Shown here: positions 30,355 through 42,698 of the stretch, piece after piece | Layout of the letters: every line of letters starts with the position of its first letter | Numbering within the stretch: position 1 is the first letter of the stretch | Assembly: GCA_951406725.2 (NCBI GenBank) | Contig: OX597829.1 | Span: 11,780,001-11,844,000 of the forward strand | DNA: 64,000 nucleotides | Direction: 5' to 3' | From: Octopus vulgaris | Lineage: Eukaryota | Notes under the pieces: model-generated | Databases searched by the model: none | Told to the model about the DNA's origin: nothing | What the model saw: only the letters and a program-made list of their open reading frames with translations | Translations under genes and position numbers: made by a program

Positions 30355-30358
<4 letters not shown>
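29240..30358 (+). mobile_element. Probable solo LTR
   Basis: ~1.12-kb non-coding unique block bounded by (TA)n; starts (a)GTGATATG and ends CGTAACA; internal TATA-like GGCTATTATAG at ~29730; LTR-like U3/R/U5 composition. Confidence 0.5.
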
Positions 30359-30395
<37 letters not shown>

Positions 30396-30398
<3 letters not shown>

Positions 30399-30700
30399 CG
30401 GGAAAGTTTACGAAAATAAACAAAAGACGAAGGCAGGTGGAGTACAAACAAGCAAATGTATTAGTATAGCGCTCAGGAATAGAAAAGGTCTGTTACGTTT
30501 CGAGCCTACGCTCTTCAACAGAAAGATATACAGAAAAAAACAAGGAGAGAAACAAGGAGAGAAAAAATGCGTGTAGGAGCTAACGATCTATCATGGCGTC
30601 CTGACTTCGGACAGTGGTCAGACGCGAGAGGGACAGTAGGGGAGATAACAGGGTCAAGTGATTTCCAATACGAAGGTGCCCCCAACACAAAGGTGCGTGT
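30396..30700 (-). mobile_element. PLE terminal repeat with a degenerate hammerhead (30489-30526)
   Basis: UCUUU-CUGUUGA-A-GAGC-GUAG-GCUC-GAAA-CG-UA-ACAGA; same terminus at 50060-50118. Confidence 0.55.
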
Positions 30701-30959
30701 GTGTATAAGAGAGTATTATGTGCGTGTGAAAGAGGGCTGGTGGTCTGGACGTGTGTGTGTATGTATGTGTGGGTGTGGAGATGTGGGGATGGGTGTGTTG
30801 GTGGTGTGTTGTGAGTGATATGTGTATGTATGTGTAGGTGTAAAGGTGTGTGGGTGGTGTGCTGTGAGTGGCGTGTTGTGATGTGATGTGTAATTTTGTA
30901 TGGTGTAGTGTAGTGTGGTGTGATGTTGTGATGTTGTTGAGGCGAGAGTGGGGAAAGCA

Positions 30960-31595
30960 CACGTGAGGTGTGGGTTCGGCTGGTGGTTAGGGTAAGGTGG
31001 GGGTTGTGGGTAGGTAGAGGGTGGGGTTAGAGGTGAGGTCTGTGGGGGATATGAGATATGGGTGAGGTATGTGGAGAGAAGTGTGGGATAGGGTGATGTG
31101 TGGGGGTAGAGTGGGGGAAGGGGTGGGAAGGTGGAGTAGAGGTGGGTGGGTTTATGGGGGAGGGGAAGTGGGTATATGAGGAGAGAGGGGAGGAGAGAAG
31201 AGAGGGGGGACGGGGGAAGAGAGAGGGGATATGGGAGGGGAGATGAGGGGGAGGGGGAGATGAGGGGAGAGAGGGGTAAGATGAGGGAGATGAGGGGGAG
31301 GGGGAGGGGGAGGAGAGGAGAGGAGGGAGAGGAGGGAGAGGAGGGAGAGGAGGGAGAGGAGGGAGAGGAGGAGGAGGAGGAGGAGGAGAGAGGGAGAGGG
31401 GAGAGAACGGGAAGTGAGGGAGCAGAGAGAAAGAGAGAAGGGAGATGAGAGTAGGGGAGAAGAGGGAAGAAGGGGGAAGAAGGGAAAGAAGGTAAGAAGA
31501 GGGAAAGAGAGTAGGGGTGAAAAGATGTAAGAGTGAAGAGAAGTAGGAGTCGGGGAGGAGGTTAGATTAAAAGGGGGGAGTAGGAGTGAAGAGTG
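30960..31595. repeat. Polypurine (G/A-rich) low-complexity tract
   Basis: GGAGA/GAGGG repeats; almost no C on the plus strand. Confidence 0.9.
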
Positions 31596-31699
31596 TATGT
31601 ATGTATGTATGTATGTATGTTTGTATGTATGTATTTATATATATATATATATATTATATACATGTATGTGTATTTTTTAATGTGTACAAATAACCCGGA

Positions 31700-32335
31700 A
31701 AAAGGTACTTAATAAACAATTTGATTTGGAATGGAATGTTCTATCTAGCTCCTTTCCATATGGTAAAGGTAAATCTTCTTGTCCGCTCTGTAACGAAAAA
31801 CTCTACCTCATTCTGTACTCAGAGAATTCTCTTGTAAACACGTTTATAGAACGCGTTTATCGTTGCAAACATTGGCAAAAACATACATTTAGTTCCTATA
31901 AGTAATTTCTACCAATCTATAAAATTCTACCTTTAACTGTCTTCTTACATTTCATTTCCCCTAAATATATCCATTTCCACGCCTTTAAGCTTTATTCCCA
32001 TTCATCTATTGCACTACATTTCTCCACTGTTGGGTGTGTGCTAATTTCTTTCTTTCGCTCCCTTCTCTTTCTCTAAATTGCATTTGACTTTAAATCTATT
32101 AACGGATTTTTTTAATAGCTTGCCAGCATTCCTTTAATCATATACGCAGTCATCACATTCGGTTAAAATGACTTAGTGATGTGTTTAGTTTCTCTTTTTT
32201 TTTCTCTGATGAGAAGATTACATTGTTTTACATCATTTTATTCCCTCTGGAATACCAATGTGTTTTTCGAAACATATGTCGGAAATATAAACATTTGAAT
32301 AACACATGCGTTAAACTCCATTTCTTTATTTATCT
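31700..32335 (+). mobile_element. 3' fragment of a Penelope-like element (GIY-YIG C-terminus, UTR and hammerhead)
   Basis: QFDLEWNVLSSSFPYGKGKSSCPLCNEKLYLIL...RCKH; HHR at 32201-32285; second copy of the UTR at ~38090-38370. Confidence 0.8.
32201..32285 (+). ncRNA. Type I minimal hammerhead ribozyme
   Basis: UUUCU-CUGAUGA-[GAAGAUUACAUUG...CAAUGUGUUUUUC]-GAAA-CAUAUG-UC-GGAAA; palindromic helix III. Confidence 0.75.
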
Positions 32336-32357
32336 ATATTTATATATGTATATATAA

Positions 32358-32399
<42 letters not shown>

Positions 32400-32732
32400 A
32401 TTAAAAAATCGTTGATTAATAATATAAGTAAACGTATATCATTACTTTCTTATGATTTAGAGATTTCTAATAAACATGCTCCTTATTACAATGAGGCCCT
32501 TAGAGAGGCAGGTTATAATAGTAATACTAAATTTTTTATTAAAAATAAAGCTATAACTAATAATATTAGAGATAAAAATATTAATAATAATTATAATAAT
32601 TTTGTTAGTAATAGTGGTATTAGAAATTATAATAGTAATATTAGAAATTATAAAAATAAAAATAATATAAACAAAAATAAGAATAAAAATAAAAATAAAA
32701 TTAACAACTTTAATAATTCTTTAAATGTTAAT

Positions 32733-32814
<82 letters not shown>

Positions 32815-33593
32815 TGATAAAGAAATATAATAATAACAATAATAATGACAGTTTTAATAATAAGAAGAAGGAAAATAAGAATAAAATTTGGTTAATAGTT
32901 CCTTATGGTGCTCAAGTTAAAACGAACATTATTAAAGAGATTTTAGATATTATTGAACTATTTATTCGAGATAATCGTAAATATAAAAACATTTTCTCTA
33001 GTAATAATTTTGGAGTAGGTTATTCCACCACTAATAGTGTAGGTAACATTATTTCTTCTTTTAACAAATTTAAACTGAATAATTTTTATAAAAATAAATT
33101 ATATAATAATACCAATAATAAAGACAAGACACTAATTAACTGTATATGTAGAGATAAAACTAAATGTAAATTAAATAATAAATGTGATATTAACGATGTA
33201 GTGTATAAATGTATAGTTACATTACATGATAAGAATAATAAGAATAATAATTACTCAAACGCGATATATATAGGGTCCACTTCCTCTAAAATAAAATTAA
33301 GAATCGCACAACATATGAATTCATTTAAAAATAAAAACTTAATTAACTCCACTGGACTTAGCAAGTACATTTGGGGACTTAAATCCCAAAATATTAATTA
33401 TAATTTATCTTGGGAAATAATTAGTAAAACTAAATCATATAGTATGGGAGCCAATTTTTGTTATTTATGTTCTAATGAGTTTAAGGAAATTTTATTTTAT
33501 AAGCATGATAATTTACTGAATACCTGTGATGAGCGCAAAATAAAATGCAGACACAAGTTACTTTACTTATATAATAAATTTCTTGATAAATAA
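32400..33593 (+). CDS. 5'-truncated Penelope-like ORF: RT thumb, linker and GIY-YIG endonuclease
   Basis: Open frame with APYYNEALREAGY, CICRDKTKCKLNNKC, VVYKC...IYIGSTS..IKLRIAQH, LSKYIWGLK, CYLC..CRH; the listed start lies in a microsatellite and is not real. Confidence 0.85.
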
Positions 33594-34659
33594 TGATTAT
33601 TTCTTAGCCTTAATTAGCTCCCTATTTGTTGTTTTATGTAATAGTATTATAAATATACCAGGTGATTTGTAGTACTTATTATATTAGTTTATTTTAGTTA
33701 TTTAGGTTCTGTTTTTAAATATAGTTAAATTATATATAGTTGTTCATTTTATTACTAAATATTTTATTACTAAATATATTTTTAATAAATATTTAATGGT
33801 TTATTGAATATAGAGTCTGGTAAGTTACAATTTTATTTATTTTATATATTTTGTTATATTTCTATTATAACTTTGTTAAATTATAATTTTGCTATATTAA
33901 TCCATTTGTATGTAATCTCTTTATATTTGAAATAGTTTTATTTGGTTGTTTATTTAATCTATTTTATTTAATATAGAAGTATAGATTAGTAGATTAATTA
34001 TTTAGATTTACCTTAATATTTACCTCTATTTTGTATTGTAGTATGATTATAGACATTTATATATCTATTTATTATATAATATATGTGGTTGTGTGTGTAT
34101 GTATATATGTGTATATGATGATGTGTGTGTATATATATGTATATGTATATACATTTATTTATGTGTATGTGTGTGGGTGTGTATATATAGGTGTAAGTGT
34201 ATATATTGAGTATTGTATGTATGTACATGTATGTATGAGTGTGCATATGTGTATGTGTGTATGTGTGTGTATATATGTGTGTATATATGTATATGTATGT
34301 ATGTGTGTATGTATGTGTATATGTGTATGTATATGTATATGTATGTATATATATATATGTATATATATATGTATATATATATGTATATGTATGTATATTT
34401 TCTTATATATTTATGTATACGTATGTACAGTTATACTACAAATTTTGATAAGTATTTATAGATTTTGTTATGATCACTAATTTTAGCTTATAATTATAAG
34501 GGCATGGGAAAGACTTTATAGTATGTTGAGGGGTTATTATATAAATAAATTTTTATATATTTATTAATCTTATAAGATTCTTAGAATATATTTAATAATT
34601 AGTGGTTTTTAATCATTTAAATCATTTAATTTATTTTGTATTAAGTTTCATTTATCACA

Positions 34660-35075
34660 GGCGCAGGAGTGGCTGTGTGGTAAGTAGCTTGCCTACCAAC
34701 CACATGGTTCCGGGTTCAGTCCCACTGCGTGGCATCTTGGGCAAGTGTCTTCTGCTAGAGCCCCGGGCCGACCAATGCCTTGTGAGTGGATTTGGTAGAC
34801 GGAAACTGAAAGAAGCCCGTCGTATATATGTGTGTATATATATACATGTGTGTGTGTGTATATGTTTGTGTGTCTCTGTTTGTCCCCCTAGCATTGCTTG
34901 ACAACCGATGCTGATGTGTTTATGTCCCCGTCACTTAGCGGTTCGGCAAAAAGAGACCGATAGAATAAGTACTGGGCTTACAAAGAATAAGTCCCGGGGT
35001 CGATTTGCTCGACTAAAGGCGGTGCTCCAGCATGGCCGCAGTCAAATGACTGAAACAAGTAAAAGAGTAAAGAGT
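34660..35075 (+). mobile_element. Full-length tRNA-derived SINE (family 1) with an internal microsatellite
   Basis: A-box TGGCTGTGTGG, B-box GGTTCAGTCC, (AAGAGTA)n tail; near-identical to 60911-61326. Confidence 0.9.
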
Positions 35076-36235
35076 ATAGTTATTTTAATAATAAATATTA
35101 TAGTATAGAGAGATTTTATTCTTTATTTGTGACTTCATTCTATTTACAATGATAAACAAATAATTTTCCCATTCACAATCTTTAATAAAACGTAGGTTCC
35201 TCATGCGTAATGAATTCTTCAACAATTTATTCTTTTTTTTTTGCTAATAACGTAATTCCACGAGTATTCTTATAAACGCTGTAAAAGACGTTTTCCGATT
35301 CAAAATTTTAGTTCATTGTTAAACCTCGCTAAGATAAGTATGTATTTATTTAAGATCTTCAAATTGTAAATCTTAATATTGTATAAGCCTTTGGAGTAAT
35401 AATATTCTCCTTATGTAAATATCGTTGTTTATGTAATGATCTAATTATCGTAATGTTCTATATTATTAGATAGTAAATTTAAGTTTATTCGTAAAATACT
35501 ACTGTTATTTGATAGCAAGCATACGAGGTGTATTAAGTCAGGCTTTGTATATACATGTTTTAATAGTATTAATTGTAGTTTTAAATTTATAATTAAATTA
35601 AATAAACTTTGATAAACTTAGATATGTTTCGACTAAAGATTGGTCCAGGCTATGTCTAATTTAATAGCATAACTTAGTTATTTCTTTAAATTTATATTCG
35701 ATAATTATTCCCATTGATAATTATATTTATAGTATTTATAGTATTTATTCGATACTATATTACTACGAATTGATTATTTCTAAAAGTATTTTACATAAGA
35801 TTTCCGAAAGTTCGTTTAAGTTAGTTTATTTGTATTTTGAAATTAGCTATTTCATCTTTAAATATGAAAAATTAAATTTATTAGGTTTTTATTATATCTG
35901 CATATACAATTATTTATAGAGATTATTTTAGATCTTAATTATAATATATATACATTGATATATTTTCATTGATAATTTATATATATTAGTCATTTTAAAT
36001 ATTTATGTAATTAGATATAGACTAATACCGATATTAGATTATGGGTGGGTTTCCTACCTTATAAATTAAAATTAATATTTAACATTATAGTCGATTTTGA
36101 TATAATCATAATTGTTAAGTTCTATGTTTCTAGTTTGATAATAGAGTTTATTATAAGTAAAATTATTATATTATATATATTATTTATATCTTTAAAATAT
36201 TGTTTAAATATTTCTGATTATATTTTAGATATTTC

Positions 36236-36303
36236 AATCACCTGAAGATTGACTGCAACTCGAATTATTACGAATTGGACAGCCATGAAACGATCGTAGT
36301 GTT
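36236..36303 (+). ncRNA. Type I minimal hammerhead ribozyme
   Basis: CAC-CUGAAGA-U-[UGACUG...CAGCCA]-U-GAAA-CGAUCG-UA-GUG; palindromic helix III ACGAUCGU. Confidence 0.7.
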
Positions 36304-36419
36304 ATACTCATTATCTTTTTTTAATAATTTTGATATATATTTAAAATTAATTAATCTTATGTATTGGCTTACGTTTTTCATTGTATGATTTGCCTAATAG
36401 TGGTTTTATCTCTAATTTA

Positions 36420-36480
<61 letters not shown>

Positions 36481-36493
36481 GGGTATATTATTA

Positions 36494-36545
<52 letters not shown>

Positions 36546-36634
36546 TTATCAGTAATAATAAAGGGTGAAATTAATTAATTAGGAATAATTATCAATTACA
36601 CCAAATTACTTAGAATTACTTAATTACTTAGTAT

Positions 36635-36696
<62 letters not shown>

Positions 36697-36825
36697 ATAT
36701 TTAGGAATGGTCATATTGCCAGTTTAGCCAATAAAATCTTGCACAACAAATATTTAAACGTATATATATATATATATATATATTATATATTATATATATA
36801 TATATATTATATATAATATATATAT

Positions 36826-37285
36826 TTTGTTGTGTCTAGGGAGAGTCATTTTCTTTTTGTGCCTTATAATTTAACACACTCACCGGTAAAATTTCCACTT
36901 ATTCCTTATTTTTATTTTCATAAAATTTTCGTTGCGTCTTGCAACCTTTTGAATATTCCTAACTCTGTCCGTTATTTACACTGCGTTCCTTTTTGTTTGT
37001 TTATGCGCATGCGTGTGGGTCAGTGTGTATGTGTGTGCCTATGCATGCATGTATGTATCTATGTATGCAAGTGTGTGTATGTATATATGTGTGTGTGCAT
37101 TTGTATATATGTATGTGTATATGTAGTCATGTGTTTCAGACTCCATTTGCGTATGTGTGCTTGTCTGTTCATATAACCTATGTACCTATCCGTCTCAATG
37201 TTGATCTGTTTATCTTCATATCCATATGCTTACATACATGTGCATATACACATATATACTCACCCACACCAAAAACGGAATATTA
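36826..37285 (-). mobile_element. PLE terminal repeat of the same family as 57958-60882
   Basis: tgtgtct.gggagagtcatt..taacacactcaccggtaaa..gttgcgtcttgcaacctttt shared. Confidence 0.8.
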
Positions 37286-37438
37286 TATATATATATATAT
37301 ATATAATATATATATATATTATATATATATATATTATACATATATATATATTATATTTATATTACATATATATTATGTATATATATAATATATATTATAT
37401 ATACTTATATTATATATATATTATATATATATGTATAT

Positions 37439-37541
<103 letters not shown>

Positions 37542-37659
37542 TCATATATATATTATATATAATTAATCCAAACATGAACAAAGAGAAAACACAACAACGC
37601 GAGGACGAGTAACAAGTATAGTGTTATTGGACGCTCAGGAAAGGAAAGAAAGAAAGAGG

Positions 37660-37694
37660 ATATAACGTTTCAAGCGGAGCTCTTCGTCAGAAAC
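37660..37694 (-). ncRNA. Degenerate minimal hammerhead in a PLE terminus
   Basis: GUUU-CUGACGA-A-GAGC-UCC-GCUU-GAAA-CG-UU-AUAU. Confidence 0.55.
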
Positions 37695-37781
37695 ATACAA
37701 AAGGGAAAGTTCCAAGGAAGGGAAGGCGGAGAAAGAAAATCGCCAACGATATATTATATTTATATATAGATTACATATATA

Positions 37782-38040
37782 CAGGAGTTAGACAAAATAA
37801 TGGAAACACCTTAAAATTTCAAGCAAATTTATTTTAATACGCTGTAGGACTACCTTTGTCAGTAATTACAGCTTGAATTCTATGAAGCATGGACTCGTAC
37901 AAAGTTTGTATTGTTTCCCAAGGAATTTTTGTCCATTCTTCAGCTAAAACATTCTCCAGTTCTTGTAGTGATGATAGTGGAGGATATCGACTCCTTACTT
38001 GTTTTTCTAAAATACACCATAAATGTTCAGTAATAATGTT
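37782..38040 (-). mobile_element. Tc1-family transposon 3' end fragment
   Basis: TA followed by TIR CAGGAGTTAGACAAAATAATGGAAACACC; transposase C-terminus EHLWCILEKQV...EEWTKIP..IQTLYESM..RIQAVI..KG.PTAY. Confidence 0.85.
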
Positions 38041-39269
38041 CAACGTAAGAAGACAGTCAAAAGTCGGATTCTAATTCACTTATCGATCTTTATCTCTCCG
38101 CTATTAGTTTTGTGCTAATTCCTTTCTCTTTCTATAAACAATCTTTGACGTTATATCTACAAACGGTTTTAAAGAAAAACTTGATAGCGTTCCCTTCATC
38201 ATAAACGCAGTTATCACATTCTGTTAAAACGTCTTATTGGTGTGTTTGGTTTCTTTCTTTCTCTGATGAGAAGACTGCATTCTTTTACACCATTTTATTC
38301 CTTTGTCTTTGAAATATATGTCGGAAGTAAAGGAATTTGAATAACACTTGCGTTTAACTCGATTTATCTATATTATATATATATAAATATACACATATAG
38401 GCAAATTTGTTGTTGAAAATGCATCTAAATTTGGAAAACTTGTAATAGTTTAAAATACATTTATTTACATATATACCAGACTAGTTTGAACAATATTTTT
38501 TGTTTATCAATAATAAAAGTTTAAAATTATGAATTAGAAAAACATCTTTAAGAGTTTCAATGTTGACAAATAAAAATGTTCGTAACAGACAAATTCAGAA
38601 TTATGAATTAGGAGGAGAGGTACAGGAATTTCAATGCTGACAAGTTTAAATGTTCATAGCACTCAATAATATTAAAACTGTACATCAATTTGCTTGAATG
38701 TACAAAGCTCATTAATGTTAGTAATGATCGAGAAGAAATGAATATCATCAAAGTTTCGGTCACACTGAGTTAAGAGGGAGAAATGAAGATAATAAAAAAA
38801 GGGAATTTGGTTTAGTTTCTCTTATCCTCTTTCCGTAGGAGCTTTTTCTTGTAGCGGTATATTTTGTAATCAGGTATATTTATAATTTGTTCCTCGGGCG
38901 GATTTGATTTTTGATTCGTTAAAATACTGGTAACGTTTTGTTTTTCCGGTGGTTAAGTTTGTCGTTCTGACTGGTTGGCTTCCCTGGTTGGTTGATTCTC
39001 TTAAAGGGTAATTTCGTTGTATTTGTTGATTCGGTTTTGATTTGTCTAGAGTTAGGTGACGTCAGCAACTGGTGTTTGTAAATTTTCATTGGTCTAGTGG
39101 TAGGTGACGTCAGCAACTGTTGCAGCTTCGAAACCCGGGTGGAATACTGTTACTAAAGTTTTTTTAATTGTTTGTTGTTCATGATTGTTTTGTGGAGAAA
39201 TTGAGTCTTTTTTCCTTTATCTCTTTACTGTTTTTCTTCTTTCTAAAGGATATTTAGCTGTGGTTTTTA

Positions 39270-40771
39270 AAATTTTTTAATGAGTATGCTTTCCTTATTT
39301 AAAGGGAATTGGGTTGAAGTGTTCCCGGTGCGTTGATAGAGAGGGACGAGAGGGTACTTCGGGTTTATGTCTACGGGGCATTGGTCTAGGTGCTTACTTA
39401 CGAGATCCCGGATTTGTTACCTGTGCACCGTAAGTCTATCCCTCAATGTTAAACTAGTTTGACCTATGTAGCCCCCACCACACTGTCCACATTTGAGAAC
39501 ATAGACTAAGTTCTTCGAAGCACAGGTGAAGTGACTTTTTATGGTAAAAGTTTGACCTGACGTAAATTTGTATGTTGAGCCCTCTCAGAGGAAGATACAA
39601 GTTCCGCAGTTATGCGGTTGCAGTTTTTGACTAGTGGGGTTGTATTTTTGGTGGGTAATTTGGCCCTGGTGAGTAACTTTTTTGGGGATTGCGGTTGTCT
39701 CTTGCTTTTAATAATCCTATATGTTTCTAGTGCCTTTTTCATTCGCGACCCCTTCATAAGGAGGGGTATGTTTTGGTGGATGATATAGTATGCTTAAACT
39801 TTCCTTAGATTGTGTGTTGATACGTAAGATAAAGCTTTAAGTATATCATAGTGTTTCCTTGTTTTCCGTAACTCTTGGATGTCTATCATTTTAGCACGTT
39901 CTATTACGTTTTTGATTACAATGGCCGGGTATTTGCTATCAAGTAATGTGTTTTTAAGTTTTTGGAGTCGCTTTTCTCGAGTTTCAGGATTTGATGCAAT
40001 CGTGAAAATTCTTCTCGCTAAGTTGAACGGTATATTTATTTTAGTATGTTTTGGGTGACAGGAGGAGAATAGAAAATATTGTTTTGAGTCCGTTGGTTTG
40101 AAGAAGATGGTTTCAATTTCAGTATCTCTCTCTATGATTAAAGATGTCCAGGAAGGGTAGTTGTTTGTAGCTGTATTCCATTGTGAACTGGATACTGTGG
40201 TTAACGCTGTTGATTAAGTTTTTTAAATTTTGGGAGTTGTTCAAGGTTATGTGGCCACAGGATGATCCAGTCATCCTGGTAGCGTTTCCAGTTGGTGAGT
40301 AAGTATTTTTAGAAGTTGTCTACAAATTTCAGTCTAGCGTGTTTGTATGTTTGAACTTCCAAGTATGCCATGACAAGGTTGACAAAAGTAGGGGCTACCC
40401 TCGTTCCCATCGCCGTGCCCGATTTTTGACTGTAAGTGTTCAAGTTGAAGAAGTTGTTCTGTAAGATGAATTTTATTCCTTCAACGATGAATTCTTTTCC
40501 GATTCGGTCAGGAATGTCATTTAGGAATTTTTCCAGCCAGTATTTGTATGGCTATTATTCCGTATTCGTAAGGAATCGAGGTGTAGAGGTTTACTACATC
40601 GAATGAAACCAGAAGGGAATCCTTCCTGGTTTTGTTCGTGAGATGGTTTAAAAGGTCCAGATCATCCCGTATAAAGCTCGGTATGTGTTGGAGAATAGAT
40701 TTAAGGAGGACGACAGTAAAGTTACTGAGTCTGTGCGTCTCAAACGACGGACTGGCCACAATTGGTATCAT
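39270..40771 (-). pseudogene. Decayed Penelope-like RT and GIY-YIG ORF
   Basis: LVSFDVVNLYTSIP, SQKSGTAMGTRVAPTFVNL, WKRYQDD, SCHPKHTKINIPFNLARRI, FTCASKNLVYVLKCGQCGGGYIGQT. Confidence 0.9.
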
Positions 40772-40963
40772 TTAAATTTGATTTGCCAAAATATATTCGT
40801 CGCTTTGAGACATTGATATGCTCACTGGCAAAATTCCATGCTAAGATGCAGCACGGAATTTTATCAATGAACAGGTCAAGATCTCAAATGCTGAAGTGAA
40901 TCGAATGGATATTGTTTGTTTTTAAATGGCTTATAAATACCTTCCACGCTGCAATTGTTTATA

Positions 40964-41011
<48 letters not shown>

Positions 41012-41012
<1 letters not shown>

Positions 41013-41045
41013 TAGCAGAGATACCCAGCGTTGCCCATGTTACAT
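41012..41045 (-). mobile_element. Possible Helitron-type 3' terminus
   Basis: Minus strand ..GGGCAACGCTGGG-TATCTCTG-CTAG|T: a decayed GC hairpin before CTAG and a T target base. Confidence 0.4.
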
Positions 41046-42304
41046 GCAATTGAAGAATTAGACTTTTCTGTTATATTTTCTGTAATGTACTGGAATATCT
41101 ATGTTTTGAATTTCATCAAAATTGCAGATGAGGGTTATTTCCATTTTTACACACCCTAAAAAAATTGTAATCGTGCAAAATGTATCCCATACTACTGATT
41201 TTTATGCGCATATTCCAAAATTCCAGTCTTATTGAACCTGTTAAAAAGATTTTGTTCCTGAAAAATGAAGGTCATGGAGCTCTAAAATGTGAGAGTTAAG
41301 GCCCCTGTTGGGGGTGGCCATCTTAATGTCAACCAGAGAAGTTGAATTGTTGAGAATCTTTTTAACTTGGGTCTTATATCTATTGTTTGAATTTCTTTCA
41401 AAATAGGAAATATATGTTCACTGGGTTTGCAAAAGAGAGTAAAGCTACAGGAAAGCAAAGGACGAATGATCACAATAAGCAGTCAGCTACCCTATCCTAG
41501 TCGTTACCACTCCACAATGTAGGATTCCTCACCATCCAGGTGACAGGCACAGCCGTAAGATGCATTACGAATCTATAGCAATTGGATGGACGTGACCCAA
41601 CTGAAATAAACATTAACAAATGTGTGACGTGAAGGCTAAGGAGAAATAAAAGTGTCACCCCTGGAGTTTGCAAATGACCACTATACTGATACGTAACTGG
41701 ACAGAATAAATTTACAATCTATAAATATCTTTGAATAACCAGTCACTCATCTGGGAAGGCCTTGAAATCAATGTTACCATCTGGGAACAAAGTGTGACCC
41801 AGTGATAATAAAGAGACTGAAAGGAGGTCTGCAATCAAATAACCTTACTCAACACTTTGCAACTGATCAGTGGAGTCAAAGATGCCTCTCATTTACTTGA
41901 CGATTTATGCAGCACATTGCAGAAATCACAATGTAAGTATATGTCAAAGCAAACTGTTACACTGTTGTACCATTGAATTACAAATAATGCTCATCTTTTA
42001 TGCACAACTGTATTCGTTTTTTTGCTTAGATAAAATGACAAAATTGTGGGTGTTAAGTCCCCATGGAGAGGTTTTTCTAACTTGTAAGAAGATGAAAGTT
42101 TATAAATATTACTTCATTTGTGTCTAATATCTATGGTAAAAATTTAATCAAGTGCAAAAATATATGAATTGTTATGGGGGTTATGGCCTTTATGCATAGA
42201 ATATAATTTCCAATTTCATAAAGATCTATTCAGTACTCTTGACGTAGTTTGGGATCATAACAGAAATTACTAAAATTTGGGAGTTAAGGCCCCCATTAGG
42301 GTGT

Positions 42305-42368
<64 letters not shown>

Positions 42369-42698
42369 GAGAGAGAGAGAGAGAGAGAGAGATAACTTTC
42401 TTTTATTAGCCACACAGGGCTGAATACAGAGGGGACAAATACAAATGCAGAACTTTTCTTTTCGAGGGTGGAAAAAAAGAAAATAAATGTAAGATTGCGA
42501 TCAAAAGGGATCGAGAGGAGGAAAAAAAGAAAAAAAAAAGGAAATCGTGTATCACAGAAATAATGATAAAAACATTGATATAACAAGATTGGGTTCATCC
42601 GTGGGAAGAAAAGCCTACAGAAAAGACCACGGGAACCTCAGTCAGGGAGGAAAGAATCACATGAGATCAAAATGCTCTCTTTCTTTCTTTTTTACGAT

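Larger units (their letters stand above)
32400..36420 (+). mobile_element. Penelope-like element 3' portion with a long AT-rich UTR ending in a hammerhead
   Basis: ORF above, HHR at 36236-36303, terminus gatttgcc.aatagtggttttatctctaatttaa also seen at ~24305-24342. Confidence 0.65.
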
